Numbered from the stretch's first letter, positions 37,558 to 48,637 are shown. The stretch is DNA of 64,000 nt from an uncultured Gemmatimonadales bacterium (GCA_963798085.1 CAWCRS010000004.1:32001-96000), one strand, 5' to 3'. Notes: generated from the letters alone by a model not told the origin. A program made the numbers and translations.

Positions 37558-38020
37558 ACGCACCGCGCAGCTCTCGGTGCTGGACCGGCTGCTGGCCCGG
37601 TCCGACGCGCCGCTGAGCCTTAGCGAGTCGGTGGCGGACCTGAAGGAGGCAGTGCGCCGCGATCTCGACTGGCTGCTGAACACGCGTCGCATCGCTATTC
37701 CCGCCCCTGATGAGTACCCGGAAGTACAGCACTCGCTCTACCATTTCGGGCTGCCAGATATCTCCTCGGTCTCCAGCGATTCCGAAACGGCGAGGCGCCG
37801 GCTGGTGCGTCAGGTGGAGGAGTGCCTGCAGATCTTCGAGCCGCGACTCACTAACATCCGCGTTACGGCAACGGATCCCAAGGACAAGAAGAACAAGCGG
37901 CAGGTGCGCTTCATGATCGAAGCCATGCTGCGCATGGAGCCGAACCCCGAGCGCGTGGTGTTCGACACCGTGCTGGAGACGTCGAGCGGCAAGATCCAGG
38001 TGGAGAGCGATCATGCGTGA
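37538..38020 (+). CDS. tssE: T6SS baseplate TssE (gp25-like), 160 aa
   Basis: 'SVLDRL', 'VRRDL.WLLNTR', 'FGLPD', 'FEPRL'. Confidence 0.93.
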   Translation: MSSREPERTAQLSVLDRLLARSDAPLSLSESVADLKEAVRRDLDWLLNTRRIAIPAPDEYPEVQHSLYHFGLPDISSVSSDSETARRRLVRQVEECLQIFEPRLTNIRVTATDPKDKKNKRQVRFMIEAMLRMEPNPERVVFDTVLETSSGKIQVESDHA

Positions 38021-39854
38021 TGATCTGCTCTACTACTATGAGCGCGAGCTGTCGTATCTGCGGCGCACGGGCGCCGAGTTCGCGAAGCGCTATCCGCGGG
38101 TGGCGTCCCGCCTGCTGCTGGAGCCCAGCAAGTGCGACGATCCGCACGTGGAGCGCCTGCTCGAAGGCTTCGCCTTCCTGGCCGCGCGCGTGCACCTCAA
38201 GATCGATGATGATTTTCCGGATTTCGGCGAAGCGCTGCTGAATGTCATTTATCCGCACTATACGCGGCCCACGCCTTCGCTCTCGATTGTCGAGTTCCAG
38301 CTGGACCCGGAGCAGGGCAAGCTGACGACCGGACTGCGCATCCCGCGGGAATCGACGCTGTTCGCGCGACCGGTGGCAGGCACGCGCTGCCAGTTCCAGA
38401 CGTGCTACGACACCACGCTCTGGCCGCTGGAAGTCGCGGGATCACGCTGGCTCGCGCCACACGAGCTGCAGCCGCCCGTGCGCGCGACCAATGCGGTTGC
38501 GGCCATGCGCCTGGAACTGCGCTGCCTTCCCGAGATCACGTTCGGCAAGCTGAATCTGGACACACTGCGCATGCACATCAGCGCGGATGCCAGCCTGGCG
38601 TCCACGCTGTACGAGCTGCTGCTGAACAACTGCACGCGCATCCTGCTGCGGGATGCATCGGGCGGGCCGGCCAAGGAGCCCATCGAGCTGGCACCCTCCG
38701 CGCTGCAGCCCGTGGGCTTCGGCATGGATGAAGGCATGCTGCCGGCGCCTCGCCGTTCGTTCCTCGGCTACCGGCTGCTGCAGGAGTATTTCACGTTCCC
38801 CGACAAGTTCTTCTTCCTCGATCTTTCGGGATTCGATCGTGCGCGTGCCGCCAATTTCGGCAGCAGGCTCGAGGTGGTGTTCCTGATTTCCGCGTTCGAG
38901 CGCGCAGATCGCCGGGCGGTGCTCGAGGCGGGCGTGTCGAAGGAGACACTGCGGCTGGGCTGCACGCCCATCGTCAATCTGTTCGCCAAGACATCCGAGC
39001 CGATTCTGCTGACGCAGAAGCAGCACGAGTATCTGGTGGTGCCGGACGCGCGGCGACGCGCCACCACGGGCATCTTCGCGGTGGAAGAAGTGGTGGCGGT
39101 TACGCCGGGCGCCACGGACACGCTGCGGTTCGAGCCCTTCTACTCCTTCCGCCACGGCACGGACGCCACCGGGCGTCGCCTGTTCTGGAACGCGAAGCGG
39201 CGGCCCATCAACTGGCGGCCGGACGAGGGCACGGATGTCTGGCTCTCCTTCGTCGACCGCTCCGGCCGCGTCGCGCATCCGGACATGGATGCGATAACCG
39301 TGCGTTTGCTGTGCCACAACGGGAGTCTGCCGGCCAGGCTGCCGTTCGGTGATCCGGGCGGCGATTTCGAGTTTCCGGGCGGCGGCCCCATTGCCCGCGT
39401 CGCAACCATGGTGAAGCCCACCACACCCATCGACCCGCCCCTGGGCAACGCGCAGCTGTGGCGCCTGATCTCGCAGCTGTCGCTGAACTACGTGTCGCTC
39501 ACCGATGGCGGCGTGGAAGCGCTGCGCGAGCTGCTGCGGCTGCACAACTTCTCGGACTCGCCATCGGGCGACAAGCAGGTGCAGGGCATCACGGACGTGC
39601 GGGGCGAGCCGGCGTATGCGCGCATCGAGAGCGAGCGCGGCCTCACATTCGCGCGCGGCCAGCGCGTCGAGATCGAGTTCGACGAGGAGTACTTCTCGGG
39701 CGGCGGCGTCTTCCTGATGGCGAGTGTGCTGGAGCGGTTCCTGGGTCTGTACGTCTCCGTGAACAGCTTTGTTACCATGGCCGCGCGTTCGCGCCAGCGC
39801 CGTGAACCGATCCGGCAGTGGGCGCCGAGGGCGGGATGGAAGTCCCTCCTCTGA
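38013..39854 (+). CDS. tssF: T6SS baseplate TssF, 613 aa
   Basis: 'YYERELSYLR..G.EFA..YP', 'DPHVERLLEGFAFL', 'GYRLLQEYF', 'LGCTPIVNLF', 'WRLISQLSLN'. Confidence 0.96.
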   Translation: MRDDLLYYYERELSYLRRTGAEFAKRYPRVASRLLLEPSKCDDPHVERLLEGFAFLAARVHLKIDDDFPDFGEALLNVIYPHYTRPTPSLSIVEFQLDPEQGKLTTGLRIPRESTLFARPVAGTRCQFQTCYDTTLWPLEVAGSRWLAPHELQPPVRATNAVAAMRLELRCLPEITFGKLNLDTLRMHISADASLASTLYELLLNNCTRILLRDASGGPAKEPIELAPSALQPVGFGMDEGMLPAPRRSFLGYRLLQEYFTFPDKFFFLDLSGFDRARAANFGSRLEVVFLISAFERADRRAVLEAGVSKETLRLGCTPIVNLFAKTSEPILLTQKQHEYLVVPDARRRATTGIFAVEEVVAVTPGATDTLRFEPFYSFRHGTDATGRRLFWNAKRRPINWRPDEGTDVWLSFVDRSGRVAHPDMDAITVRLLCHNGSLPARLPFGDPGGDFEFPGGGPIARVATMVKPTTPIDPPLGNAQLWRLISQLSLNYVSLTDGGVEALRELLRLHNFSDSPSGDKQVQGITDVRGEPAYARIESERGLTFARGQRVEIEFDEEYFSGGGVFLMASVLERFLGLYVSVNSFVTMAARSRQRREPIRQWAPRAGWKSLL

Positions 39855-40855
39855 ACCTCGCGGCGCTGGAAGCGTCGCTGCGCGATGATCCCACCACCTG
39901 GAGCTTTTTCCAGGCGGTGCGCATGCTGGAGCGACTGCGTCCGGATCGCGAGCCCATCGGGGGTTACGCGGATCCCGCGCAGGAGGTCGTGGCGTTCTCC
40001 GTGAATCCGATGATCTCGTTCCCGCCATCGGAGCTGTATTCACTGGAGATGAACGATGAGGGCCGCGCCCGCATGGAGATCAACTTCATGGGGCTGACCG
40101 GGCCGCAGGGTGTGCTGCCGCACGCGTACTCGCTGCTGGTGAGCGAACGGCGGCGCGCGAAGGACCATGCGGTGGGAGACTTCCTCGATCTCTTCCACCA
40201 TCGCGCGCTCTCCCTGTTCTATCTGGCCTGGGAGAAACACCGCTTTACGGTGCTCAACGAGAAGCGCGGCACGGACCCGCTGCGCGAGCATCTTCTGGAC
40301 CTGGTGGGCGCGGGCCTGGCTGGCTGGCACGAGCTGCTGCCCATGCCGGACGACACGCTCGCCTTCTATGCCGGACTGCTGGTGCTGCCGCAGCGCGGCG
40401 CGGTGGCGCTGGAACAGCTGCTGGGCGACTATTTCGGCGTGCCCGTCCAGGTGGAGCAGTTCGTGGGCGGCTGGTACCGCCTGCCGGTCAACGACCAGTG
40501 CGCGCTGGGTGAAGATTTCCCCGATGCTTCGAGTCAGCTGGGCCTGGGCGCCGTGGCGGGCGATGAGATCTGGGATCAGCAGGCGAGGGCGAGGGTGCGC
40601 ATGGGTCCGCTGTCGCGCGCGCAGTTCGATCGCTTTCTGCCGACCGGCGATGCCTTTCAGGAGCTGCGCTCGCTGACCCGCTTCTTCGGTCACGAGCAGT
40701 ACGACTTCGAGGTGCAGCTGGTGCTCGAGCAGGATGCCGTGCCCGGGTGTGTTCTGGGCGATGATGCCGTTGCCGCCCAGCCGCTCGGGTGGTCTACCTG
40801 GATCCGGTCGGCCGCCTTCGACAGGAACGCGGACGAGACCGTCCTCACGCTTTGA
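39818..40855 (+). CDS. tssG: T6SS baseplate TssG, ~345 aa
   Basis: 'FFQAVR.LE', 'FMGLTG..G.LP..Y', 'DFLDLFHHR..SLFY.AW'. Confidence 0.95.
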   Translation: MGAEGGMEVPPLNLAALEASLRDDPTTWSFFQAVRMLERLRPDREPIGGYADPAQEVVAFSVNPMISFPPSELYSLEMNDEGRARMEINFMGLTGPQGVLPHAYSLLVSERRRAKDHAVGDFLDLFHHRALSLFYLAWEKHRFTVLNEKRGTDPLREHLLDLVGAGLAGWHELLPMPDDTLAFYAGLLVLPQRGAVALEQLLGDYFGVPVQVEQFVGGWYRLPVNDQCALGEDFPDASSQLGLGAVAGDEIWDQQARARVRMGPLSRAQFDRFLPTGDAFQELRSLTRFFGHEQYDFEVQLVLEQDAVPGCVLGDDAVAAQPLGWSTWIRSAAFDRNADETVLTL

Positions 40856-40868
40856 GAGGAGCAGGACC

Positions 40869-43601
40869 ATGAACGTCAATCTCCGGTCGCTCATCGGCAA
40901 GCTGAACAACCAGACGCGAAGCGCTGTGGAAGCGGCGGCAGGCCTCTGCCTTTCGCGCACGCACTACGCGGTCGAGGTGGAGCACTTCCTGATCAAGCTG
41001 CTGGATGCGGCTGACACCGACTTCAACGCCATCATCAAGCACTACGGCATGAACCGCTCGCGTCTCGCGGGGGATCTGACCGTGGGCCTGGACACCCTGA
41101 AATCGGGCAATGCGCGCGGCGTGCCCAGCCTGGGTCCGGAGCTGGTGAGCATGCTGAGCGAGGCATGGATGATCGGCTCCGTCGACTACGGCGCGGGCCA
41201 GATCCGCAGCGGCCACTGCATCCTTGCACTGGTCACCAACGACGAGCTGGCGCGCATGATCCGCGGCGTGAGCAAGGAGTTCGAGCGCATTTCGCCGGAG
41301 GACCTGCGCAAGGAGTTCGCCACCATAACAGCGGAGTCAGCAGAAGAGCACGGCGCGGTGATGGCGGGCGCGGCGCCGGGCGGCGGCGGCGAAGCAAAGC
41401 CCGGCGGCCGCACACCGAATCTCGATCAGTTCACCGTGAACCTGAGCGAGCGCGCGAAACAGGGGAAGATCGACCCCGTGCTGGGCCGCGACTTCGAAGT
41501 GCGCCAGGTGGTCGACATCCTCACGCGCCGCCGTCAGAACAATCCGATTCTCGTGGGCGAAGCGGGCGTGGGCAAAACCGCAGTGGTGGAAGGTTTCGCC
41601 ATGCGCATCCATCTGGGCGATGTGCCACCCGTGCTGCGCGGCGTCACACTGCGCACGCTGGACCTGGCGCTGCTGCAGGCGGGCGCGGGCGTGAAAGGCG
41701 AGTTCGAGAACCGGCTGAAAGGGCTCATCGAAGAGGTCAAGAACTCACCCATACCGATCATCCTCTTCATTGATGAAGCGCACACCATGATCGGCGCGGG
41801 CGGTACGGCCGGTCAGGGCGATGCGGCCAACCTGCTCAAGCCGGCGCTGGCGAGAGGCGAGCTGCGCACCATCGCGGCCACGACGTGGTCCGAATACAAG
41901 AAGTATTTCGAGAAGGACCCGGCCCTGGCGCGTCGCTTCCAGCTGGTGAAGGTGGAGGAGCCGAGCGAAGAGAAGTGCCTCACCATGATGCGCGGCGTGG
42001 TGCCCTTCCTGGAGAAGCACCACAAGGTGCGCATCCTGGATGACGGCATGTTCGCCGCCGTGCGGCTGTCCCATCGGTATCTGCCGGACCGTCAGCTGCC
42101 GGACAAGGCCGTGAGCGTGCTGGACACGGCGTGCGCGCGGCTATCCCTCAGTCAGAACGCTACGCCGTCTGCCATCGAGGATGCGACGCGCACGCTCGAC
42201 GATCTCGCCGTTCAGACCCGGGTCCTGGAGCGGGAAACTGCGGTGGGTGCGGATCACGCGGAGCGGCTGGCCGAGATTGCGGTGCAGCGTGTCGAGACGG
42301 AGGCTCGCCTCGCCTCGCTCAAGGCGAGATGGGATCTGGAGCGCGACCTGGTCTCGCGCGTGCGCGAGTTGCGCGAAAAGCTGGAGGCCAGCGTCGCCAT
42401 CGACGCCAAACCGGGCGAAGCGGCGAAGCCGGGCGAAGCGGCGGCCGCGGCGCAGGCCGCGCCGGCAGAGGATACCGGCGCGCTGCGCAAGCAGCTGGAG
42501 AAGCTGGATGATGAGCTGAGAACGCTGCAGGGCGAGCAGCCATTGATTCCCGTGTGTGTCGACTATGACCTGGTCAGCCAGGTGATCTCCGGCTGGACCG
42601 GCATTCCCGTGGGCAAGATGCTGCGCGACGATCTCACGGCGGCGCTCGAGCTGGAGAAGACGCTGGAGCGGCGCATCATCGGGCAGAACCACGCGCTGGA
42701 GATCATCAGCCACCGCATCCGCACGTCCAAGGCGGGCATCGAGGATCCCCAGAAGCCGGTGGGCGTGTTCCTGCTGGTGGGTCCCAGCGGCGTGGGCAAG
42801 ACGGAAACCGCGCTGGCGCTCTCCGACCTGCTCTACGGCGGCGAACACAACGTTATCACGATCAACATGTCGGAGTTCCAGGAAGCGCACACCGTGTCCA
42901 CGCTGAAGGGTTCGCCGCCCGGATACGTCGGCTACGGCGAGGGCGGCGTACTGACGGAGGCGGTGCGGCGCCGTCCCTACTCGGTGGTGCTGCTGGACGA
43001 GATCGAGAAGGCGCACCCGGATGTGCTGGAGCTGTTCTTCCAGGTGTTCGACAAGGGGCGCATGGAGGATGGCGAGGGCCGCGAGATCGACTTCAAGAAC
43101 TGCATCATCATCCTGACGACGAACGCCGGCACCGACACGATCATGAAGCTCACGGCCGATCCCGAAACCATGCCCGACCACCAGGGTCTGGTCAAGGCGC
43201 TCAAGCCGGAACTGGACAAGACCTTCAAGCCCGCGTTCCTGGGCCGCACCGTCATCATTCCCTACTTCCCGGTGCGCGATGCGGCGCTCAAGCGCATCAT
43301 CCACCTGAAGCTGGGCAAGGTCGAGCGTCGCCTGCAGCAGACCCACAAGGTCAGGCTGGATGTGGACGAGGCCTGCGTCGAGGCCATTGCGCAGCGGTGC
43401 ACGGAGGTGGAGAGCGGCGCGCGCAACGTGGACAACATTCTCACGAACACGTTGTTACCGGCGGTCTCGCGGATGCTGCTCGAGTCGCTGGTGGCGGGCG
43501 TGCGGCCTGCTGCCATCCGGGTGACGGTAGGCGAGGATGGCGAATTCGCGTACAGCACCGCGTCGGTGGCGCAGCCCGCTCCGCAACCCGTGCCGGCCTG
43601 A
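40869..43601 (+). CDS. tssH: T6SS AAA+ ATPase TssH (ClpV), 910 aa
   Basis: GGAG RBS; two Walker A motifs (GEAGVGKT, GPSGVGKT); 'RRRQNNPIL', 'GSPPGYVGYGEGGVLTEAVRR'. Confidence 0.97.
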   Translation: MNVNLRSLIGKLNNQTRSAVEAAAGLCLSRTHYAVEVEHFLIKLLDAADTDFNAIIKHYGMNRSRLAGDLTVGLDTLKSGNARGVPSLGPELVSMLSEAWMIGSVDYGAGQIRSGHCILALVTNDELARMIRGVSKEFERISPEDLRKEFATITAESAEEHGAVMAGAAPGGGGEAKPGGRTPNLDQFTVNLSERAKQGKIDPVLGRDFEVRQVVDILTRRRQNNPILVGEAGVGKTAVVEGFAMRIHLGDVPPVLRGVTLRTLDLALLQAGAGVKGEFENRLKGLIEEVKNSPIPIILFIDEAHTMIGAGGTAGQGDAANLLKPALARGELRTIAATTWSEYKKYFEKDPALARRFQLVKVEEPSEEKCLTMMRGVVPFLEKHHKVRILDDGMFAAVRLSHRYLPDRQLPDKAVSVLDTACARLSLSQNATPSAIEDATRTLDDLAVQTRVLERETAVGADHAERLAEIAVQRVETEARLASLKARWDLERDLVSRVRELREKLEASVAIDAKPGEAAKPGEAAAAAQAAPAEDTGALRKQLEKLDDELRTLQGEQPLIPVCVDYDLVSQVISGWTGIPVGKMLRDDLTAALELEKTLERRIIGQNHALEIISHRIRTSKAGIEDPQKPVGVFLLVGPSGVGKTETALALSDLLYGGEHNVITINMSEFQEAHTVSTLKGSPPGYVGYGEGGVLTEAVRRRPYSVVLLDEIEKAHPDVLELFFQVFDKGRMEDGEGREIDFKNCIIILTTNAGTDTIMKLTADPETMPDHQGLVKALKPELDKTFKPAFLGRTVIIPYFPVRDAALKRIIHLKLGKVERRLQQTHKVRLDVDEACVEAIAQRCTEVESGARNVDNILTNTLLPAVSRMLLESLVAGVRPAAIRVTVGEDGEFAYSTASVAQPAPQPVPA

Positions 43602-43644
43602 CCGCAGGGCCGCACCGCAGTCCGCTACAACAGATAGTTAGAGC

Positions 43645-43685
43645 CGCCGGCTGCCAGCCCCGGCCACGGGGTGGGGCAGCCGGCG
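43645..43685 (+). terminator. Stem-loop after clpV (possible terminator or processing hairpin)
   Basis: CGCCGGCTGCC...GGCAGCCGGCG 11-bp outer stem with inner GCCCCG/CGGGGT; no clear U-tract. Confidence 0.35.
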
Positions 43686-43734
43686 CGCGACTGGTGCCTT
43701 TCGTCGCGATCTCCGGGAACAGCTGGGAGGACTC

Positions 43735-45807
43735 ATGGTCCGGTACACACAGGCCAACCGTCCCTTGCGCGTCGCGTCGGTCCTGGAAGACGACGTGCTG
43801 CTGCTCGCCGGGCTGCGCGGCGAGGAGACCGTATCCTCGCCGTTCGCGTTTCAGCTCGACCTGCTGTCGGAAGACCCCGAGCTGGAAGCCGCCAAGCTGC
43901 TGCGCACGACCATGACCGTATCCGTGTCGCTGCGCGATGGCAGCGCGCGCACGATCCACGGCCTGGTGAACCGGTTCGTCCGCCTCGGGCAGGCGGAGGA
44001 CCTGACGGAGTACCGCGCGATCCTGGTGCCCTGGTTCTGGTTCCTGTCGCTGTCACGCGAGTCGCGCATCTATCAGAACCTCACGGTCCGCGAGATCATC
44101 GAGGAAGTGTTCGCCGCGCGCGACTTCACCGACTTCGAGTGGCGCCTGGTGCACGACTACTCGCCCCGGGAATACTGCGTGCAGTACCGCGAATCGCATC
44201 TCGCGTTCGTTTCGCGGCTGCTCGAGGAGGAAGGCATTTTCTACTTCTTCGAGCACAGCGCTGATCGGCACGTCCTCGTGCTGGCCGACCACAACAGCGC
44301 CATGACCGGCTGCCCGGGGCAGGCGTACGCGCGCTTCCACGCGCAGGAGGCGCCCGACGAGGATGTCGTGCGTGCCATCGAGGAAGAGAATTCGGTGTAC
44401 GTGGGGACGGTCACGCTGCGCGACTACAACTACCTGCGCCCGCTGCTCAATCTCGAGGCATCGCTGTCCGGCAGTGGTGTCGAGGAAGTGTACGACTATC
44501 CCGGGCGCTACGGCGAGCTGGCGGATGGCGAGCGCTACGCGCGCATCGAGCTGGAGACCGAGGAGGCGCTGCGCCAGGTCCTGCACGGCCACGGCAGCTG
44601 CCGCGCTTTCGGCGCCGGGTACAGCTTCAAGCTGACCGATCATTTCCGGCGCGATCTCAATGGCGAGTTCCTGCTGCTGCGCGTGCGGCACGAGGCGCGT
44701 GTGGGCGACTACCGCGGGCAGGCCGGCGACACCGTTGACTACTCGAACGACTTTCTCGCGATCCCTTCGGCAACGCCCTATCACGCGGAGCGACGCACCC
44801 GCCGGCCCCTGATTCACGGGACGCAGACCGCGCTCGTGGTGGGGCCGCCGGGCGAAGAGGTCTGGGTCGACCAGCACTGCCGCATCAAGGTGCAGTTCTA
44901 CTGGGACCGGCTGGGCAAGAAGGACGAGTCCAGCTCCTGCTGGGTGCGCGTCGCCTCGCCCTGGGCGGGCAAGGGCTATGGCAACATCACCATCCCGCGC
45001 ATTGGTAATGAAGTGGTAGTGCAGTTCCTCGAGGGTGATCCCGATCGCCCGCTGGTCGTAGCCAGCGTCTACAACGGCGACCAGACACCACCCTTCCCGC
45101 TGCCCTCATCGGACATCCAGCAGGGCATGCTGTCACGCAGCTCGCCGGGCGGCGGTGGCGCCAACCAGATCACGGTCACGGACACGGCGGGCAGCGAGCT
45201 GCTGACGCTGCACGCGCAGCACGACATGGGCGTGAGCGTGAATCACGACCAGAGCACGGGTGTGAACCACAACCGCTCCGTTTCCGTGCAGGTCAACGAC
45301 TCGGAATCCGTGGGCGGGAATCAGAGTGTGACTGTGGGCGGCAACCGCAGCCTGAGCGTGACCGGCAATCAGTCGCTGGACGTCTCCGGCAACCAGTCGG
45401 TGCACGTCACCGGCAACCGCAACGTCTCGGTGGACGCGGACGAATCCGTGCAGGTGGCCGGCAATCAGGGCTTCAGCGTGAGCGGCGACCGCCAGGGCAG
45501 CGTCAGCGGTAACAACCTGTTACAGGTAAGCAGCAGCATGGGCGTGGACGTAAGCGCCAACCTCGAGTCGCACGCGAATCAGATTGCGCAGCAGAGCGAT
45601 GCCGCCATGGTGCTCAACGCGGGCAGCAACCTGGACCTGAAGGGCGCATCCAAGGTCACGGTCGCGTCCAATGGCAGCGTCGAGGTGAACGCGCCCAAGA
45701 TCCTGCTGACGGGAACGGGCGAGGTGACGCTGGCGGTGGGCGGCAATTCGGTGAAGGTCGACGCCTCGGGCGTCACGCTGTTCGGGGTCACGGTCAAGAT
45801 CAACTGA
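43735..45807 (+). CDS. vgrG: VgrG (TssI) spike protein 1, 690 aa, long gp5-type octapeptide beta-helix
   Basis: 'REYCVQYRES..FVSRL.EEEGI.YFF', 'QTALVVGP.GEE', 'SSCWVRV..WAG', 'PRIG.EV.V.FLEGDPDRP'; about 12 VxGNxSxx repeats at 45238-45525. Confidence 0.95.
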   Translation: MVRYTQANRPLRVASVLEDDVLLLAGLRGEETVSSPFAFQLDLLSEDPELEAAKLLRTTMTVSVSLRDGSARTIHGLVNRFVRLGQAEDLTEYRAILVPWFWFLSLSRESRIYQNLTVREIIEEVFAARDFTDFEWRLVHDYSPREYCVQYRESHLAFVSRLLEEEGIFYFFEHSADRHVLVLADHNSAMTGCPGQAYARFHAQEAPDEDVVRAIEEENSVYVGTVTLRDYNYLRPLLNLEASLSGSGVEEVYDYPGRYGELADGERYARIELETEEALRQVLHGHGSCRAFGAGYSFKLTDHFRRDLNGEFLLLRVRHEARVGDYRGQAGDTVDYSNDFLAIPSATPYHAERRTRRPLIHGTQTALVVGPPGEEVWVDQHCRIKVQFYWDRLGKKDESSSCWVRVASPWAGKGYGNITIPRIGNEVVVQFLEGDPDRPLVVASVYNGDQTPPFPLPSSDIQQGMLSRSSPGGGGANQITVTDTAGSELLTLHAQHDMGVSVNHDQSTGVNHNRSVSVQVNDSESVGGNQSVTVGGNRSLSVTGNQSLDVSGNQSVHVTGNRNVSVDADESVQVAGNQGFSVSGDRQGSVSGNNLLQVSSSMGVDVSANLESHANQIAQQSDAAMVLNAGSNLDLKGASKVTVASNGSVEVNAPKILLTGTGEVTLAVGGNSVKVDASGVTLFGVTVKIN

Positions 45808-45823
45808 TCGACGGTCCACTGGC

Positions 45824-47029
45824 ATGTCGCTGAGCGCTCCCTTCGAGGCGAGGATCGAAGCGATCCGCAGGTTCCTGGACGCACCGGACACGCGTGTCCT
45901 GGTGGTGCGTCACGATCCCGATGACCGGCTCATTCTGCTGCGCATGCTGAGCGGCTTCATCGCGGCCGAAGGCAATCCCCACATCGTCGCCTGCAGCACC
46001 GCGCCGTTCCGGGGATACGAGCAATTCTACGGCGATGTGCTGCAGCAGCTGGCCGGTGAAAACGAAGCCGCGCGCGCGGAACTGGCCACGCTGGGTGTTG
46101 CGCTGTCGGCGGCGCCGCAGCTGCCGCGGGGCGAGGAGCAGAAGCCGGAGGCGCAGGCCGCGGCGTTGGGTGGCTACGTCTCGGCGGTGGCAGCCGTGTT
46201 CCCCGACCGGATCGGCAGTTATGCGGTGCTGCTCGAGCCGGAAGCGATCGTGCACGAGGGCGGCTTTGCCTGGGCGGTGGAAGCGCTGGCCGCGAGCACG
46301 CGCGGCTGGGCGAAGTACATCGTGCTGGATCGACGCGAGAATCCCATGCTGGCGGAATTCTGCGCACGCTCAGCACTGGCCAGTGTGCTGGAATTCCGCG
46401 TGTCGCCGGAAGAGATCGAAGCACAGGTCGCGAAAGACCTGGCCAGCGCGAGCACGCCGCCGGAGGAGCGTCGCAAGCTGCTGATGCTGGCGGGCGCGTT
46501 TGCCACGTCGGCGCGCCGCCCCACCGCGGCGGAGGGCTACCTGCACCAGGCGCTGCGTGACGCGCGCGCGGGCGGCGCCACCGGAGACGAAGCCAACATT
46601 CTGTACAACCTGGGCAATCTCTACCTCGAGCAGCGCCACCCGGACGCCGCGCTCGATGCCTATCTGCAGGCAGTGACCCTGTGCCTGGACACGCACACGG
46701 ATGCCCTGGCGGCGCTGGTGCTCACTAACATGGGTGTTTGTCTGGCCCGTCTGCGGCGGACGGACGAGGCACTGCGCAGCTTCAGCACGGCGTACCGCAC
46801 GTTTGCGGCGCTGAACAATCTGCCGGGTCAGGCGCACGTACTGGACAGCACAGCGAGAGTGCTGAACCAGGCGGGTCGCACGGAGGAGGCGAAGAACAGC
46901 TGGCAGCAGGCGATCGGCCTGTACGAGCGCATCCGCGCACCGGCACTGCGTGATGTGCGCGAGGCCGGTGTGCGCGACATTCGCACGCGTCTCGAGCAGC
47001 TGCGCGGCGACGCGCACGCACTGGTGTAG
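45824..47029 (+). CDS. TPR-containing protein (possible effector chaperone/adaptor), 401 aa
   Basis: C-terminal TPRs (ANILYNLGNLY, LTNMGVCL, QAHVLD..ARVL); lies between vgrG and the PAAR effector. Confidence 0.7.
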   Translation: MSLSAPFEARIEAIRRFLDAPDTRVLVVRHDPDDRLILLRMLSGFIAAEGNPHIVACSTAPFRGYEQFYGDVLQQLAGENEAARAELATLGVALSAAPQLPRGEEQKPEAQAAALGGYVSAVAAVFPDRIGSYAVLLEPEAIVHEGGFAWAVEALAASTRGWAKYIVLDRRENPMLAEFCARSALASVLEFRVSPEEIEAQVAKDLASASTPPEERRKLLMLAGAFATSARRPTAAEGYLHQALRDARAGGATGDEANILYNLGNLYLEQRHPDAALDAYLQAVTLCLDTHTDALAALVLTNMGVCLARLRRTDEALRSFSTAYRTFAALNNLPGQAHVLDSTARVLNQAGRTEEAKNSWQQAIGLYERIRAPALRDVREAGVRDIRTRLEQLRGDAHALV

Positions 47030-47040
47030 CGGGCGCGCCG

Positions 47041-48637
47041 ATGGGCAATCCTTCCGAGGTGGCGGCGGCTCTGGTTCGCGCGTCGACGAACGCGGCATCG
47101 CTCGAGAATGCGCAGCAGGAGCGCGCGCGGTCGCAGGGCGGCGGGCCTGCGGCGCCCAGCGCGTTCGATGTGTGGACGCACACGGGAGAGGGCATCGCAC
47201 AGCGCGCACGCGAAGGCGGCGACGCCATGCACGAAGGCGAGAGCGCCGCCGGAATGAGCCGCTCCAATGCCGCCGTGCGCGCGGGCCTGCACAGCCACTG
47301 GGCACACGCGTCGCTGGATACGGCGACGGACGGGCTGGTCACGCAGTCACGGCAGGCGTGGTCGCAATTCCAGGTGCTCACGGGCATGGAAGCGCCGCCG
47401 GCCGGCGAAGAGGCGCCGCAGGGCGTCATCGGCACCGCCGCCGCGGCCATGAGCACGCTGATCAGCCTGGAGCAGCTGATCTCCGCGCCCATGAGCCTCA
47501 TCCCGTTCCCCGCATTGCCGGCGATCCGCGTGCTGGACTTCAATGTCGGGTTGCCCCACGCGCACAACCATCCGCCCAACCTGGTGCCACCTGCGCCGCC
47601 CGTGCCCCTGCCGAGCACGGGGCCGATCATTCCGATTCCGTTCCTGTCGGGCGCGAGTCGTACGCTGATCAACGGTATGCCGGCCGCGCGCTGCGGCGAC
47701 ATGGGGCTGGGCATCTGGTGTGGCGGTTATTTCCCCATGTACGAGGTGCTGACGGGCTCCTCGAACGTGTGGATCGAGGGCGCGCGCGCGGGACGGGTAA
47801 TGGTGGACATCACGAAGCACTGCGTGTTCACCTCGCCCAAGCCGAGCGACCCGCCCATCGGGCCCATGATCGGCATGACCATCTCGTCCAGCGCGAACGT
47901 TCTGATCGGCGGCTTCCCGAATGCCGTCGCTGCTCGGCCTGGCGATGGGCGCGGCCATCCGCGGTCTGTTCGCGGGCGCGGCGAAGGCGATCCGCGCGCT
48001 GCGCGCGCTGCTCAGCGCGAGTCGCATACCGCGCATGTTCGCGCCGTTCAGCCGACTCGCGAGCAGCGGCGCGATCCGCTCGGCCATGCGCACGATTGGC
48101 GATGGTTTCGATCTGCTGCGGGGCCGGCCGTACGCACATTTTCCGCCGGCGAGCAGCGAACTCGTCGAGGAAGCACTGTTCCGCTGCACGCGTGCGGGTC
48201 ATCGCATGCCGATCGCGAGCATCACGGCGGGCGAGCTGGCGGAACTGACGCGGCGCACGAACGGCGAATGGGCCGTAGTTGCCGAGCGCGGGCAACTGCG
48301 TCTCGTGCGGGGCGCGGCGGATCACGTGCCGGTGCGCGAATCCGAGCACGTGCTGGTGCACACGCACCCGGACAACTACGGCGCCTACGACACCGCGGTA
48401 AGCGAAGGCAATGTGGGCAACGCCGCCGGCCAGGGTCGTGAGGGGTGGGATCATCCGCAGGCCGTGGTCGACCGGGATGGCAACGTGCACGCTTTCGATT
48501 CCGCCGGCGTAGTCGAGAAGCCGGGCATGAGCCCGATTCATCCGGATGGCAACATCGACGGTATGTATTCGCATCCGGGAGGTGCACCAATGCGCGCCGT
48601 GCCTCCCGCAATGGAACGAGGCGGGGGCGGTTCATGA
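47041..48637 (+). CDS. PAAR-domain T6SS effector with C-terminal JAB/MPN-like (HTHP) toxin domain, ~531 aa; +1 frameshift at ~47920
   Basis: 'HAHNHPP', 'TLINGMPAARCGD', 'GSSNVWIEG..A.R', 'SANVLIGG'. Removing one A in CCGAATG joins it to the frame ending 48637 with 'EWAV...VLVHTHP...SEGN'. Confidence 0.75.

Noticed and set aside
43626..43642. AT-rich TACAACAGATAGTTAGA before vgrG1 as a recombination or operator site
   Set aside because: Only a half-site-like stretch, with no partner copy or recombinase in the window.
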